Assembly: GCA_965208125.1 (NCBI GenBank)
Contig: OZ242320.1
Span: 3,744,001-3,808,000, forward strand
Reading direction: 5' to 3'
Length of the DNA stretch: 64,000 bases
Source of the DNA: Candidatus Latescibacterota bacterium
GTDB taxonomy: Bacteria > Latescibacterota > UBA2968
Shown: positions 1 to 9,378 of the stretch, in pieces
How the letters are laid out: each line of letters begins with the position of its first letter
How positions within the stretch are numbered: the stretch's first letter is position 1
Program-made: the position numbers and the translations under genes
Notes under the pieces: generated by a model
Told to the model about the DNA's origin: nothing
The model's database searches: none
What the model saw: only the letters and a program-made list of their open reading frames with translations

Positions 1-10
1 CAGCTATTCT

Positions 11-2572
11 TCACACTTCGCTTCGCAAAATTTCGAGTGGAGGGCGGTCAGCTATGCCGCGGCTGTTGAGCATGCCGACAAAGATGGTGAGCGCGGTGAC
101 GAGAGCAAAGACACCGGCTATGGCCGCAGTGGGCAGGGCAAAGTGGATGTCGAAAATAAAGACGGTGACAGCCCAGGCACCGCCAATAGAGAGTATGAGT
201 CCTGTCAGGGTAGCGAGTGCGCCCAGGAAGGTGTATTCCAGCAAGAGTATGCGGCGAATCTGTTTTTGAGATGCCCCCAAAGTGCGCAGCAAAACGGCTT
301 CTTGAATGCGTTGATAACGGCTGGTGGTGACTGCGGCAGTTAGCACTATGAGTCCGGTAATCACACTAAAGAGTGCCATGAAGCGCACGACAAAGGCAAT
401 TTGTGAGAGTACATCGTCAACGGTTTTGAGAATGAGGCCGAGGTCCACAGCCGAGACATTGGGGTATTGTTGAACCAGGGTGCGCTGCAACATAGCAGAT
501 TGTTCCGTTGTGTTGATGCGCGTGGTCAAGACGTGAAACTGGGGAGCGGTTTCGAGTACGCCTTTGGGAAAGACGATGAAAAAGTTTGGCTGGATGCGCT
601 GCCAATCGACTTCTCGCAGGCTTTGTACTGTGGTCTGAACGGGCACGCCCTGGATGTCAAAGGTCAGGGTATCGCCAAGCGAGACGCGAAGCGAGCGGGC
701 AATGTCGCGCTCAAAAGAAATGGGGATGGGTTCTTCTGTCCATGTTGCATCGATCCAGGTGCCGCCTACAAGACGTTCTGAATCAAAGAGGTGATTTCGA
801 TAGGTCGAGCGGTATTCGCGTTGAATTGCCCAGCGCCGCACATCGTGTATTCTGCCATAGGAACGCGCCTCTTGACCTTTGATGCTCTTCAGGCGCATGG
901 TGACGATGGGGGCATGGTGGATGACGGGTAGGCTCTGTTTGCGAAGCAACGCGCTCACGCCTTCAATCTGATCGGTTTGCACATCGACGAGTACAAAGTT
1001 GGGACGGTTGTCACTCCCCGCGATGGCAATCTGAGCGAGCAGGGCGTGTTGCACAATATAGAGCGTGGTGATGAGAAAGGTGCCCAGGCCCAGTGCGAGC
1101 ATGAGAATTACGGTTTGATTGTGCGGACGGTAGAGATTGGCCAGGCCCTGTCGCCATACGTATTGCCAGGTTGTGGGAAAGAAGCGGCGAACGGTTTTGA
1201 TGATGAGCCAAGATGCGCCTATGAGCAGTCCAAAGGCAATGCCAAACCCGATGGCAATGCCAATCCCAATGAGGATACTTCTGGTTTGCACAATGCCCAG
1301 TCCCGCGACTATGAGACAGATCCCACAGATGGTCATCAATTGCAGGGGATCTATTTGGGATCGTGTGTTTTCAAAAGATGCCCGCAAGGTGTGCAGAGGC
1401 GATGTTCGACGTATCGGCAATAGAGGGAGCAATGCAAAGAGTAGCGACAGACTCAGGCCAATGCCAGTGCCCTGAATGATCGCCCAATAGGAAAACTGAA
1501 TATCGAGTTCAATGGGGAGGATTTGTGCGAGAACACCGGGCAAGAGATACTGAATACCCACACCGAGGAGAGAACCGCATCCCGTACCAATAAGACCCAG
1601 CGCAATGGCCTGGATGGCGTAAATACAGAGGACCTGGTTCGATTGCGCGCCCATGCAGCGCAGGATGGCGACGGTTGTTATTTTTTGGCGCGTGTAAACG
1701 TGAATGGCACTGGCAACGCCGATACATCCGAGTAAGAGAGCGGCAAAGGCGACAAGACTGAGAAAGATATAGAGATTATCCAATATGCGATTGAGGCGTC
1801 TTTGACGGCTGACAACGGTTTCGGTACGCAAGTTTTGATCCCCGCGATAGGGGCGAAGTTCGCGCTGGATGGATCCGATTCTCGTGCTGCTATCAAACTT
1901 AAAATAGGCCATATAAGACGCCAGGCTGCCAAATTTGATGAGGCCCGTTTTATCGAGATGCGATAAAGGGATGTACACACGCGGTGCCACTGTGGCAAAG
2001 GCCATGGCCTCGCCCGATATTTTTGTGATGCGTCCGCCTATGACAAAGGTGTGGTTGCCAATTCGCACGGAATCGCCGACCTGAACCCCAAATTGGACGA
2101 GCAAGCCTTCGTCGAGTAGCGCGTGATGGGTTTGCTGAAAGGTCTTCGCCGCTTCTGATGGATTGGTTTCAAATGTGCCGTAATAGGGAAAGTCGCCTTG
2201 TAATGCGCGCACCTGTACCAGGCGGGTTCCGCCGTTTTTGGGAAAGAAGACCATCGAGGCAAAGCGCACTTCTCGGGATTGCTCCCCACCCCATGAGTTG
2301 AATAGGGAATCAATCGCGGGCGCAAAAGCGCGCTGGCTGCTGACGCTCAAATCAGCGCCTAAAAGTGTGCGCGCTTCGTTTTCGACAACGCGTTGCAAAT
2401 TATCGCCCAGAGCGCGAACTGCTACGAGGCCCCCCACGCCGAGCAATATGCAGGAAATAAAGAGCAGCAATCGGCGGCGATACGTGCGGCTATCGCGCCA
2501 TGCCATGCGCCAGGTCCAGGCGTTGAAGAGTGGGCTGGCGGTCTGATTCTTAATGCTGGTGATTCGATCCAT
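11..2572 (-). CDS. ABC transporter permease, YbbP-like (two FtsX domains)
   Basis: 853 aa; 'MAWRDSR...LLFISCILLGVGGLVAV' N-terminus, two permease halves, 'AVLLRTLGAS' motif; lies directly downstream of an ABC ATPase. Confidence 0.9.
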   Translation of the reverse strand: MDRITSIKNQTASPLFNAWTWRMAWRDSRTYRRRLLLFISCILLGVGGLVAVRALGDNLQRVVENEARTLLGADLSVSSQRAFAPAIDSLFNSWGGEQSREVRFASMVFFPKNGGTRLVQVRALQGDFPYYGTFETNPSEAAKTFQQTHHALLDEGLLVQFGVQVGDSVRIGNHTFVIGGRITKISGEAMAFATVAPRVYIPLSHLDKTGLIKFGSLASYMAYFKFDSSTRIGSIQRELRPYRGDQNLRTETVVSRQRRLNRILDNLYIFLSLVAFAALLLGCIGVASAIHVYTRQKITTVAILRCMGAQSNQVLCIYAIQAIALGLIGTGCGSLLGVGIQYLLPGVLAQILPIELDIQFSYWAIIQGTGIGLSLSLLFALLPLLPIRRTSPLHTLRASFENTRSQIDPLQLMTICGICLIVAGLGIVQTRSILIGIGIAIGFGIAFGLLIGASWLIIKTVRRFFPTTWQYVWRQGLANLYRPHNQTVILMLALGLGTFLITTLYIVQHALLAQIAIAGSDNRPNFVLVDVQTDQIEGVSALLRKQSLPVIHHAPIVTMRLKSIKGQEARSYGRIHDVRRWAIQREYRSTYRNHLFDSERLVGGTWIDATWTEEPIPISFERDIARSLRVSLGDTLTFDIQGVPVQTTVQSLREVDWQRIQPNFFIVFPKGVLETAPQFHVLTTRINTTEQSAMLQRTLVQQYPNVSAVDLGLILKTVDDVLSQIAFVVRFMALFSVITGLIVLTAAVTTSRYQRIQEAVLLRTLGASQKQIRRILLLEYTFLGALATLTGLILSIGGAWAVTVFIFDIHFALPTAAIAGVFALVTALTIFVGMLNSRGIADRPPLEILRSEV

Positions 2573-2618
2573 GGTAAAAATTAAGAATTGGAAATGGGGA
2601 GGGTATCCTGTTCATCCT

Positions 2619-3308
2619 TTAATCCTGCACATCCCGATCTACTCTGCCACCTTGCAAGTGGATGATGCGTTGCGTGCGTGCGGCGATATCGTGATCGTGC
2701 GTGACGAGGATGAGGGTTGTGCCCGCTTCGCGGTTGAGGTCAAAGAGCAGATTGGCAATAGTATGACTGGTATCGGCGTCGAGGTTGCCCGTGGGCTCGT
2801 CGGCAAATAAGATGCTCGGTCGGTTGATAAAGGCGCGTGCAATACCCACGCGCTGTTGTTCGCCACCCGAAAGCTGGGTGGGATAATGCATCAAGCGGTC
2901 GCCCAATCCCACGCGGTCGAGCAATTCTCTCGCTTCGCCAAACACACCGTTTTGACCGCGTAGTTCGAGGGGGACCGCGACATTTTCAATGGCGGTGAGG
3001 GTGGGGATGAGTTGAAAGCTCTGAAAGACAAAGCCCACGTATTCGTTTCGCACGGCTGCGCGTTGGTCTTCGTCGAGGCTGTCGAGGGCCATGCTGTGAA
3101 GGGTGACTGTTCCAGATGTTGGGCGATCAAGGCCAGCACATAATCCGAGTAGCGTGGTTTTTCCACTGCCCGAAGGCCCTACTATCGCACAGGTTTGGCC
3201 TTTGGGAATGGTGAAAGTGACGTTGTCTAAAACGGTGAGGGGATGCCCTCCGCTCGTGTAGGTGCGGGTGAGGTTTTGAACTGCGAGGGCTGCTTTTGGA
3301 TGGCTCAT
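2619..3308 (-). CDS. ABC transporter ATP-binding protein, YbbA/LolD-like
   Basis: Walker A GPSGSGKT, signature LSGGEQQR, Walker [14 protein letters not shown]-loop VTHD. Confidence 0.95.
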   Translation of the reverse strand: MSHPKAALAVQNLTRTYTSGGHPLTVLDNVTFTIPKGQTCAIVGPSGSGKTTLLGLCAGLDRPTSGTVTLHSMALDSLDEDQRAAVRNEYVGFVFQSFQLIPTLTAIENVAVPLELRGQNGVFGEARELLDRVGLGDRLMHYPTQLSGGEQQRVGIARAFINRPSILFADEPTGNLDADTSHTIANLLFDLNREAGTTLILVTHDHDIAARTQRIIHLQGGRVDRDVQD

Positions 3309-3465
3309 AGGTTATTAAAAAAGGTGAAATGTGAGATGTAAGAGGCGAGACTGTTCCCAGTCCCCGTACAAAGCTGCTTGCGTCTCTGGTTCTAATTCTT
3401 ACCTTTGTGAGACCCCAAAACATAACATAGAGTTCCATTATGTGCAAAAAATGAGTGGAGGAGAC

Positions 3466-4650
3466 ATGCGAGCTGAGATTGTGATGATTGGAACGGAGTT
3501 GTTGTTGGGTGAAATTGTAGATACCAATGCCACGATGTTTGCCAAAGCGCTACGCGATATTGGAATGGATTTGTTGTATAAAACGACTGTGGGAGACAAT
3601 GAAGATCGGATTGTGAACGTTTTGGATATTGCGCTGGATCGGTCAGATGTGATTCTGACATCAGGGGGTATTGGTCCTACGGTGGATGATATGACGCGGC
3701 AATGTGTGGCGCGTGCAACGGGACGCAAGCTCGTTTACAGTAAGGTATTGGAAAATCAGATTGCGTCGCGGTTTCGCAATTTTGGCCGCGAGATGGCAGA
3801 TAATAACAAGCGACAGGCGTATATTCCCCAAGGCGCTATGCCCCTGGAAAATCCCATGGGCACGGCACCTTGTTTTTTGAGTGAAGATGCCCAAGGGCGC
3901 GGCTGTGTGATTTCGCTTCCGGGGGTGCCGCGGGAATTGGATTATATGTTGCACAAGGTCGTGATTCCGATTTTGATTGACCGCATGGGCGGGAGCAAAA
4001 TTACAAAGGTACGTGTGTTGCGAACTTGTGCGGTGGGCGAGAGCAATATTGATCGCACAATTGGGGATCTGATGACTGAGAGCAATCCAACGGTGGGATT
4101 GGCGGCGCATGCTGGGCAGACTGATGTGCGCGTGGCGGCGAAAGCGGATACAGAGGAAGATGCCGATGCGTTAATCGCGCCGATGGAAGCGGAACTCAGG
4201 AAGCGGTTGGGGGTTGCGATTTACGGTACGGGGAAAGAGACAGTGGCCGAGGTTGTGGGCGATTTGTTGCGGGAAAAAGGGTTGAAGATTGGGGTGGTGG
4301 ATACGCTGACAGACGGCCAAATCGTGCGGGAGTTCGAAGAGAATGGCGCAGGTGATGTGGTGGCCGCGCAAAGAGATGCTAATATGGATGGACAGGATGA
4401 CCCTCGCGCTTTGACCGAAGCGATGGCTCAGGAGGTTGCGCCCGAAGGTGGCGTGGGGCTGGCGATGGTTGGTCCTTATGAAGGTGGCGCGACGTTTATG
4501 GCTGTCTATGGATCTGATCCACAAGCGCGAACGTGTATTGCAAGTCGCCGCTTTCAGGATTCGGATCATATCCGCCGATGGTTGGTGATTCAGGGTTTGG
4601 ATCTGGTGCGCCGGGCGGTGTTGGGCAAGTTGGCTTCGCCAGCAGATTGA
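3466..4650 (+). CDS. cinA: CinA-like protein (N-terminal molybdopterin-binding-like/ADP-ribose pyrophosphatase domain, degenerate C-terminal domain)
   Basis: 'MRAEIVMIGTELLLGEIVDTNA', 'SGGIGPTVDDMT', 'LPGVPRE'; start placed at ATG 3466 after GGAGGAG RBS. Confidence 0.85.
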   Translation: MRAEIVMIGTELLLGEIVDTNATMFAKALRDIGMDLLYKTTVGDNEDRIVNVLDIALDRSDVILTSGGIGPTVDDMTRQCVARATGRKLVYSKVLENQIASRFRNFGREMADNNKRQAYIPQGAMPLENPMGTAPCFLSEDAQGRGCVISLPGVPRELDYMLHKVVIPILIDRMGGSKITKVRVLRTCAVGESNIDRTIGDLMTESNPTVGLAAHAGQTDVRVAAKADTEEDADALIAPMEAELRKRLGVAIYGTGKETVAEVVGDLLREKGLKIGVVDTLTDGQIVREFEENGAGDVVAAQRDANMDGQDDPRALTEAMAQEVAPEGGVGLAMVGPYEGGATFMAVYGSDPQARTCIASRRFQDSDHIRRWLVIQGLDLVRRAVLGKLASPAD

Positions 4651-4674
4651 GTTTGAATAAATGGGAGGGCTGTA

Positions 4675-5718
4675 GTGCAAAACGATGAGTCTTTGTCTTA
4701 TTCAAAGAGTGGCGTCAATATTGATGAAACAGATGCTGTTAAAAGAGATATGGCTTCAAATATCGGGCGCGGGGATTCGAGAGTGCTCAATAAATTGGGG
4801 GCCTTCGGCAGTCTGGTTGATGGCCGTTTTGAGGGGTATGATCACCCCATTCTCGTGCTAAAAACCGAGGAGCCTGGTTCGAAGCAAAAGTTGGCGTTTG
4901 AACACGGAAGTGTCACGTCTATTGCCTATGATTTGGTCAATCATTTGATCAACGATATTATCGTTATGGGTGCGGATCCCTTTTATTTGCAAGATTGTAT
5001 TGTCTGCGGCAAACTCGATCCCCCTGTTGTCAAAGCACTCGTTGGTGGAATTGCCGATGCTTGCGAGGCACAGGGATGTACATTGACAGGTGGAGAAACA
5101 TCAGTTCAGCCAGGGGTTGTGGAAGATGGGGTGTATATTCTCAGTGCTTCGGCTATTGGGGTTGTCGATAAGGACAGTATTATTGATGGCTCTGAGATAG
5201 AGGAGGGGGATGCGGTTCTCGCGCTTGCATCCAATGGACTGCATACCAATGGCTATACACTTGTCAGGGCATTGTTGAAGAATAAGCCAGAGTTGATAGA
5301 TCGGGATATTCAAGGAGTGTCTTTTCTCGATATGATTTTGCGCCCACATCAGTGTTATTATCAACCTCTGAAGGGTCTGTTTAAGGATGAGGGGTTAAAG
5401 GGGATGGCACATATTACAGGTGGCGGTATCCAGGATAATCTGTCCCGCATTCTTCCCGAGACCTGTCAGGCTGTAATCGACCTTTCGTTACTCCAAATTC
5501 TCCCCGTCTTCAAAACGATTCGCGCAGAGGGTTTGGTTCCAGAAGACGATATGCTGAGAACTTTTAATATGGGTGTGGGGATGACGCTTGTGTGCGCCCA
5601 AAATTCTGTGGCGAGGATTAAGGCTCAGTTGCAAAGTACGGGATGCCAGGCGTATCCAATTGGGCGCATTGTCAACGGCGAGAAAGGCGTTGCGTTCACG
5701 GGAAAAGTTCAGTGGTGA
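4675..5718 (+). CDS. purM: Phosphoribosylformylglycinamidine cyclo-ligase (AIR synthase)
   Basis: 'YSKSGVNID', 'GGETS..PG', 'SNGLHTNGY', 'AHITGGG', 'RTFNMGVG'. Confidence 0.93.
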   Translation: MQNDESLSYSKSGVNIDETDAVKRDMASNIGRGDSRVLNKLGAFGSLVDGRFEGYDHPILVLKTEEPGSKQKLAFEHGSVTSIAYDLVNHLINDIIVMGADPFYLQDCIVCGKLDPPVVKALVGGIADACEAQGCTLTGGETSVQPGVVEDGVYILSASAIGVVDKDSIIDGSEIEEGDAVLALASNGLHTNGYTLVRALLKNKPELIDRDIQGVSFLDMILRPHQCYYQPLKGLFKDEGLKGMAHITGGGIQDNLSRILPETCQAVIDLSLLQILPVFKTIRAEGLVPEDDMLRTFNMGVGMTLVCAQNSVARIKAQLQSTGCQAYPIGRIVNGEKGVAFTGKVQW

Positions 5719-5731
5719 AAGGAGATAAATC

Positions 5732-6580
5732 GTGGACACACCATATCGCACCATCGACGTGAAACCACTATCTGGGGCACTCGGCGCTGAAATTGAAGGC
5801 GTTGACGTTGCGTCGGGGATCGGTGAGGAACAATTCGCTGAAATCTATCGGGCCTTTGCGGATTATAGCGTGATTCTCTTTCGCAATCAGTCCCTCACAC
5901 AGGAACAACACATCGTATTTGCCCGACGCTGGGGAGATATCAATGTCAACCGGTTTTTTACGGGTGTAGCGGAAAATCCCATTATTGCCGAGGTGCGAAA
6001 AGAACCCGATCAGGAAACCAATATTGGGCGCAACTGGCACACTGATCATTCTTACGATACCATTCCCGCACTCGGCTCGATTCTCTATGCACGCGAGGTT
6101 CCCGAGTTTGGTGGTGATACGATGTTTGCCAGTATGTACAGGGCTTACGAAACCCTCTCGCCAGGGTTGCGGAAAACGCTCGAAAACTTAAATGCTCTAC
6201 ACTCCAGCCGACATGTTTTTGGAGCTATGAACGGCAGAAAGCCCGATCAAAGCGGTCGGATTGGCAATCCCGAACTCGCCACGCAGGATGCTGTTCATCC
6301 CCTGATCATAAGGCATCCCATCTCAGGTCGCAAAGCACTTTACGTAAATCCCATATTCACCGTTCAAATTGAGGGGTGGACAAAAGAAGAGTCCCAACCT
6401 CTGCTTCAGTATTTGTACCAGCACGCTTCCCACCCGGATTTTACATGCCGTATTCGCTGGGAAAAAGATGCCCTCGCTATCTGGGATAACCGCGCGACCT
6501 GGCATTGTGCTCTCAATGATTATCAGGGACAGCGACGCCTCATGCACCGCATCACGGTTGAAGGTGTGCCGTTAAGTTAG
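5732..6580 (+). CDS. TauD/TfdA family Fe(II)/2-oxoglutarate dioxygenase
   Basis: 'LGAEIEGVD', 'WHTD', 'GGDTMFASM', 'WDNRATWH', 'R.MHR'. Confidence 0.93.
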   Translation: MDTPYRTIDVKPLSGALGAEIEGVDVASGIGEEQFAEIYRAFADYSVILFRNQSLTQEQHIVFARRWGDINVNRFFTGVAENPIIAEVRKEPDQETNIGRNWHTDHSYDTIPALGSILYAREVPEFGGDTMFASMYRAYETLSPGLRKTLENLNALHSSRHVFGAMNGRKPDQSGRIGNPELATQDAVHPLIIRHPISGRKALYVNPIFTVQIEGWTKEESQPLLQYLYQHASHPDFTCRIRWEKDALAIWDNRATWHCALNDYQGQRRLMHRITVEGVPLS

Positions 6581-6589
6581 GAGTAGCTC

Positions 6590-7978
6590 ATGCAAACGCG
6601 CCGCGATTTTTTATGTACTACCTTCACGAGTACTGCTGTACTCGCCACAAGTGCTTTTCCCTCATCGCTTTTCGCACAACAAAAACCCAATGTGCTCTTT
6701 ATTGCAGTGGATGATCTCAATGATTGGATTGGCTGTCTGGGGGGGCACCCGGATTCTGTAACGCCAAATTTAGATCGTCTGGCGAGTCGTAGTACCTTAT
6801 TTACCCATGCGTATTGCAACGCGCCTGCGTGCAATCCCTCGCGTGGAAGCCTGGTGACGGGTAAATTGCCCACGACAACGGGGGTGTATGAAAATGCCCA
6901 TTCATTCCGACAGCAAGACCCGGATGCCGTGACTCTAATGCAGCATTTTATGGGCAATGGATATTATGTTGCGGGTAGAGGCAAAATTACGCGGCAAGGG
7001 AGACCTGCTGATGTGGTGTCTTATCACGACTATGTTCCCCAGGGACGGGATCCACTGCCTCCCAACCCACCGCTGAATGGTTTTTCACAAAGCCGGTTCG
7101 ATTGGGGACCAATAGATGTGCCAGTGGAAGAAATGGACGATTGGAAAGTGGTGCAGTGGGGCAAGGAGGTGCTGAATAAGAAGCACGACAAACCCTTCTT
7201 TTTAGCCTGTGGTCTCTATCGCCCACACCTGCCGTGGTACGTGCCCCGAAAGTATTTTGATTTGTATCCCCCGGACGAGATCACATTGCCCAATATAGAC
7301 GAAAACGATCTCGACGATGTGCCTCCTATCGGGCGATCATTTGTCGCGCGGCGGGATGATCACAAAAATGTGACTGAGACGGACAATTGGCGGAGGGCTG
7401 TTGCGGGGTATCTCGCCTGTATTCGATTTGCCGATGATATGATCGGGGAATTGTTGGATGCGCTGGACAATAGTTCTTATGCCGATAACACGGTGATTGT
7501 TCTGTGGGGAGATCACGGCTGGCATCTGGGGGAAAAACTCCATTGGCGCAAATTTGCACTTTGGGAAGAGGCCACGCGCGTGCCTCTTATGATTTCAGCA
7601 CCGGGCCTGGCATCTGGACGATGTGACCGCACGGTGAGTCTGGTCGATCTGTATCCAACATTTATTGACGTCTGCGGCTTGCCCCAAAGAGATGGTCTGG
7701 ATGGCGTGAGCTTAAAACCCCTGATGGAGCAGTCCGACCGTGGATGGGATCGTCCTGCGCTGACCACGCATATTCGGGGCAATCACAGTGTGCGCTCTGA
7801 ACGCTGGCGATACATTCGCTATTCAGATGGGACAGAAGAACTCTACGATCACGAGAATGACAGCCTTGAATGGACAAATCTCGCTGGGCAGGCACAGTAC
7901 AAAGACATCATAGCCGCACACGCTGCCTGGATACCCAAAGTGGAAGCACCTACCGCAGAACCTCTGCGCCGCGAGTAG
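6590..7978 (+). CDS. Tat-exported sulfatase (iduronate-2-sulfatase/choline-sulfatase-like)
   Basis: 'TRRDFL' twin-arginine signal; 'PNVLFIAVDDLND'; CNPSR formylglycine motif; 'WGDHGWHLGEK'. Confidence 0.92.
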   Translation: MQTRRDFLCTTFTSTAVLATSAFPSSLFAQQKPNVLFIAVDDLNDWIGCLGGHPDSVTPNLDRLASRSTLFTHAYCNAPACNPSRGSLVTGKLPTTTGVYENAHSFRQQDPDAVTLMQHFMGNGYYVAGRGKITRQGRPADVVSYHDYVPQGRDPLPPNPPLNGFSQSRFDWGPIDVPVEEMDDWKVVQWGKEVLNKKHDKPFFLACGLYRPHLPWYVPRKYFDLYPPDEITLPNIDENDLDDVPPIGRSFVARRDDHKNVTETDNWRRAVAGYLACIRFADDMIGELLDALDNSSYADNTVIVLWGDHGWHLGEKLHWRKFALWEEATRVPLMISAPGLASGRCDRTVSLVDLYPTFIDVCGLPQRDGLDGVSLKPLMEQSDRGWDRPALTTHIRGNHSVRSERWRYIRYSDGTEELYDHENDSLEWTNLAGQAQYKDIIAAHAAWIPKVEAPTAEPLRRE

Positions 7979-8025
7979 GGATTAATCGGTGGACAATTCC
8001 TCCCAAAATCCGGAGAAAATCCGTC

Positions 8026-9276
8026 ATGAAAATCGCAAACGCAACCCGTTTTAGCCTCAATATTCCCTTTTACTGCAAACGGGTCGAACGCGCCATGCAC
8101 CGCGCTCAGACTCACGACGAACGGGTCTATCTCTACCGCATTGAAACCGACGAGGGCATCGTGGGCTATGGAGATAGCCTGTCTGTTAGTGATGTACATA
8201 CACTGGTCGGTCAGAACCCCTTCCAGATCATGCACAACGACGCCATTGGCTTTGGCCCACAGCTCGCTGTTCTGGACGCTGTTGGAAAGGCCGCTGATGT
8301 GCCCGTCCATGCCTTGCTCGGCACCAAATTGCGCGACCGATGCCCCATCTCCTGGTGGGACATTGACATGTCACCTGCCGATTGGGTCGCAGAGGCCAGA
8401 GAATCTCTCAAACGCGGGTACACTTCCTTCAAAATGAAAGCCCGCCCCTGGCGAGACATCCTCTATCAGGTCGAAGCCATTGGCAAAGTCGTACCCGCAG
8501 ATTACAAATTCGATATAGATTTCAACGGCTTTCTGCTCAACCAGGCAAAAGCGGAGATTATCCTTCAGCAACTCGACAATCACCCCAATGTCGGCATCTA
8601 CGAAAGTCCCTTCTACCTTTATGGCGATCTCACCGGCGCGCGAATTCTTCGTGAACGCGTATGCAAACCCGTCGTCGAACACTTCAGGGAAGAGTATTTG
8701 CACGCCCACGCCTGCGATGGCTTTGTCATTGGCGACGGTGTCACAGAAGTTCGCCGGCAGGCCGCACTCGCCGAGGCTTTCAACAAACCCTTCTGGTTAC
8801 AAATGGTCGGCACTGGAATTACCACTGCCTTCGCCGTACATCTCGGCTCTGTTCTTTCTCACGCTCAGTTGCCCTATATTACCTGCCACGAACTCTGGAA
8901 ACACGATTTGCTCAAAAAACGCCTCGACGTGATCGACGGTCACATCCAGGTCTCCGATGCTCCGGGCCTGGGCATTGAAGTCGATGAAAAAGCTGTCGAA
9001 AAATATACGGTTGATCCCGACACACCCACACCTAAAAGGCTCTACCGCCGCAAAAAACGCATCCTGCGCATCTCGTGGCCCGGTGCGGGCAAACAGAAAC
9101 GCATCTGGGAATTTACCGATGAAGCCATCTACCAGAAGACCTTCTACGCAGGTAGCATCCCCGGATTTGAACGCGGTGTTACCCTGGAAGTTATCGAAGA
9201 CGACGATAGCGCGACTTTTAAAAAAGCCCATGCCACGCTGGCAAAACGCGAGGCAGCTATACCTGCCCTGATGTGA
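8026..9276 (+). CDS. Mandelate racemase/muconate lactonizing (enolase superfamily) enzyme
   Basis: 'IETDEGIVGYGD', KxK in 'FKMKA', 'IDFN', 'ESP', 'PGLGIEVDE'; start moved to ATG 8026 after GGAG. Confidence 0.88.
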   Translation: MKIANATRFSLNIPFYCKRVERAMHRAQTHDERVYLYRIETDEGIVGYGDSLSVSDVHTLVGQNPFQIMHNDAIGFGPQLAVLDAVGKAADVPVHALLGTKLRDRCPISWWDIDMSPADWVAEARESLKRGYTSFKMKARPWRDILYQVEAIGKVVPADYKFDIDFNGFLLNQAKAEIILQQLDNHPNVGIYESPFYLYGDLTGARILRERVCKPVVEHFREEYLHAHACDGFVIGDGVTEVRRQAALAEAFNKPFWLQMVGTGITTAFAVHLGSVLSHAQLPYITCHELWKHDLLKKRLDVIDGHIQVSDAPGLGIEVDEKAVEKYTVDPDTPTPKRLYRRKKRILRISWPGAGKQKRIWEFTDEAIYQKTFYAGSIPGFERGVTLEVIEDDDSATFKKAHATLAKREAAIPALM

Positions 9277-9299
9277 ATTAAAGTTAGGAGAACCCATCG

Positions 9300-9362
9300 A
9301 TGGCATCCGTAACCTTTAAAGGCGTCTTTCCCATCGTAAAGGACCACCCTGCCTCTACTTAA
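9300..9362 (+). pseudogene. Collapsed relic of the DapA-like gene at 13088 (MASVTFKGVFPIVKDHPAST*)
   Basis: 9285-9335 equals 13073-13123 with 1 mismatch in 51 bp; the rest resembles the 'QDHPAST' coding region near 13482-13516. Confidence 0.8.
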
Positions 9363-9378
9363 CTCAGAGGATTCGATC

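Noticed and set aside
3309-3465. tesA-like arylesterase usually divergent from ybbA/ybbP
   Set aside because: No GDSL-type ORF or recognisable remnant in this 157-bp spacer
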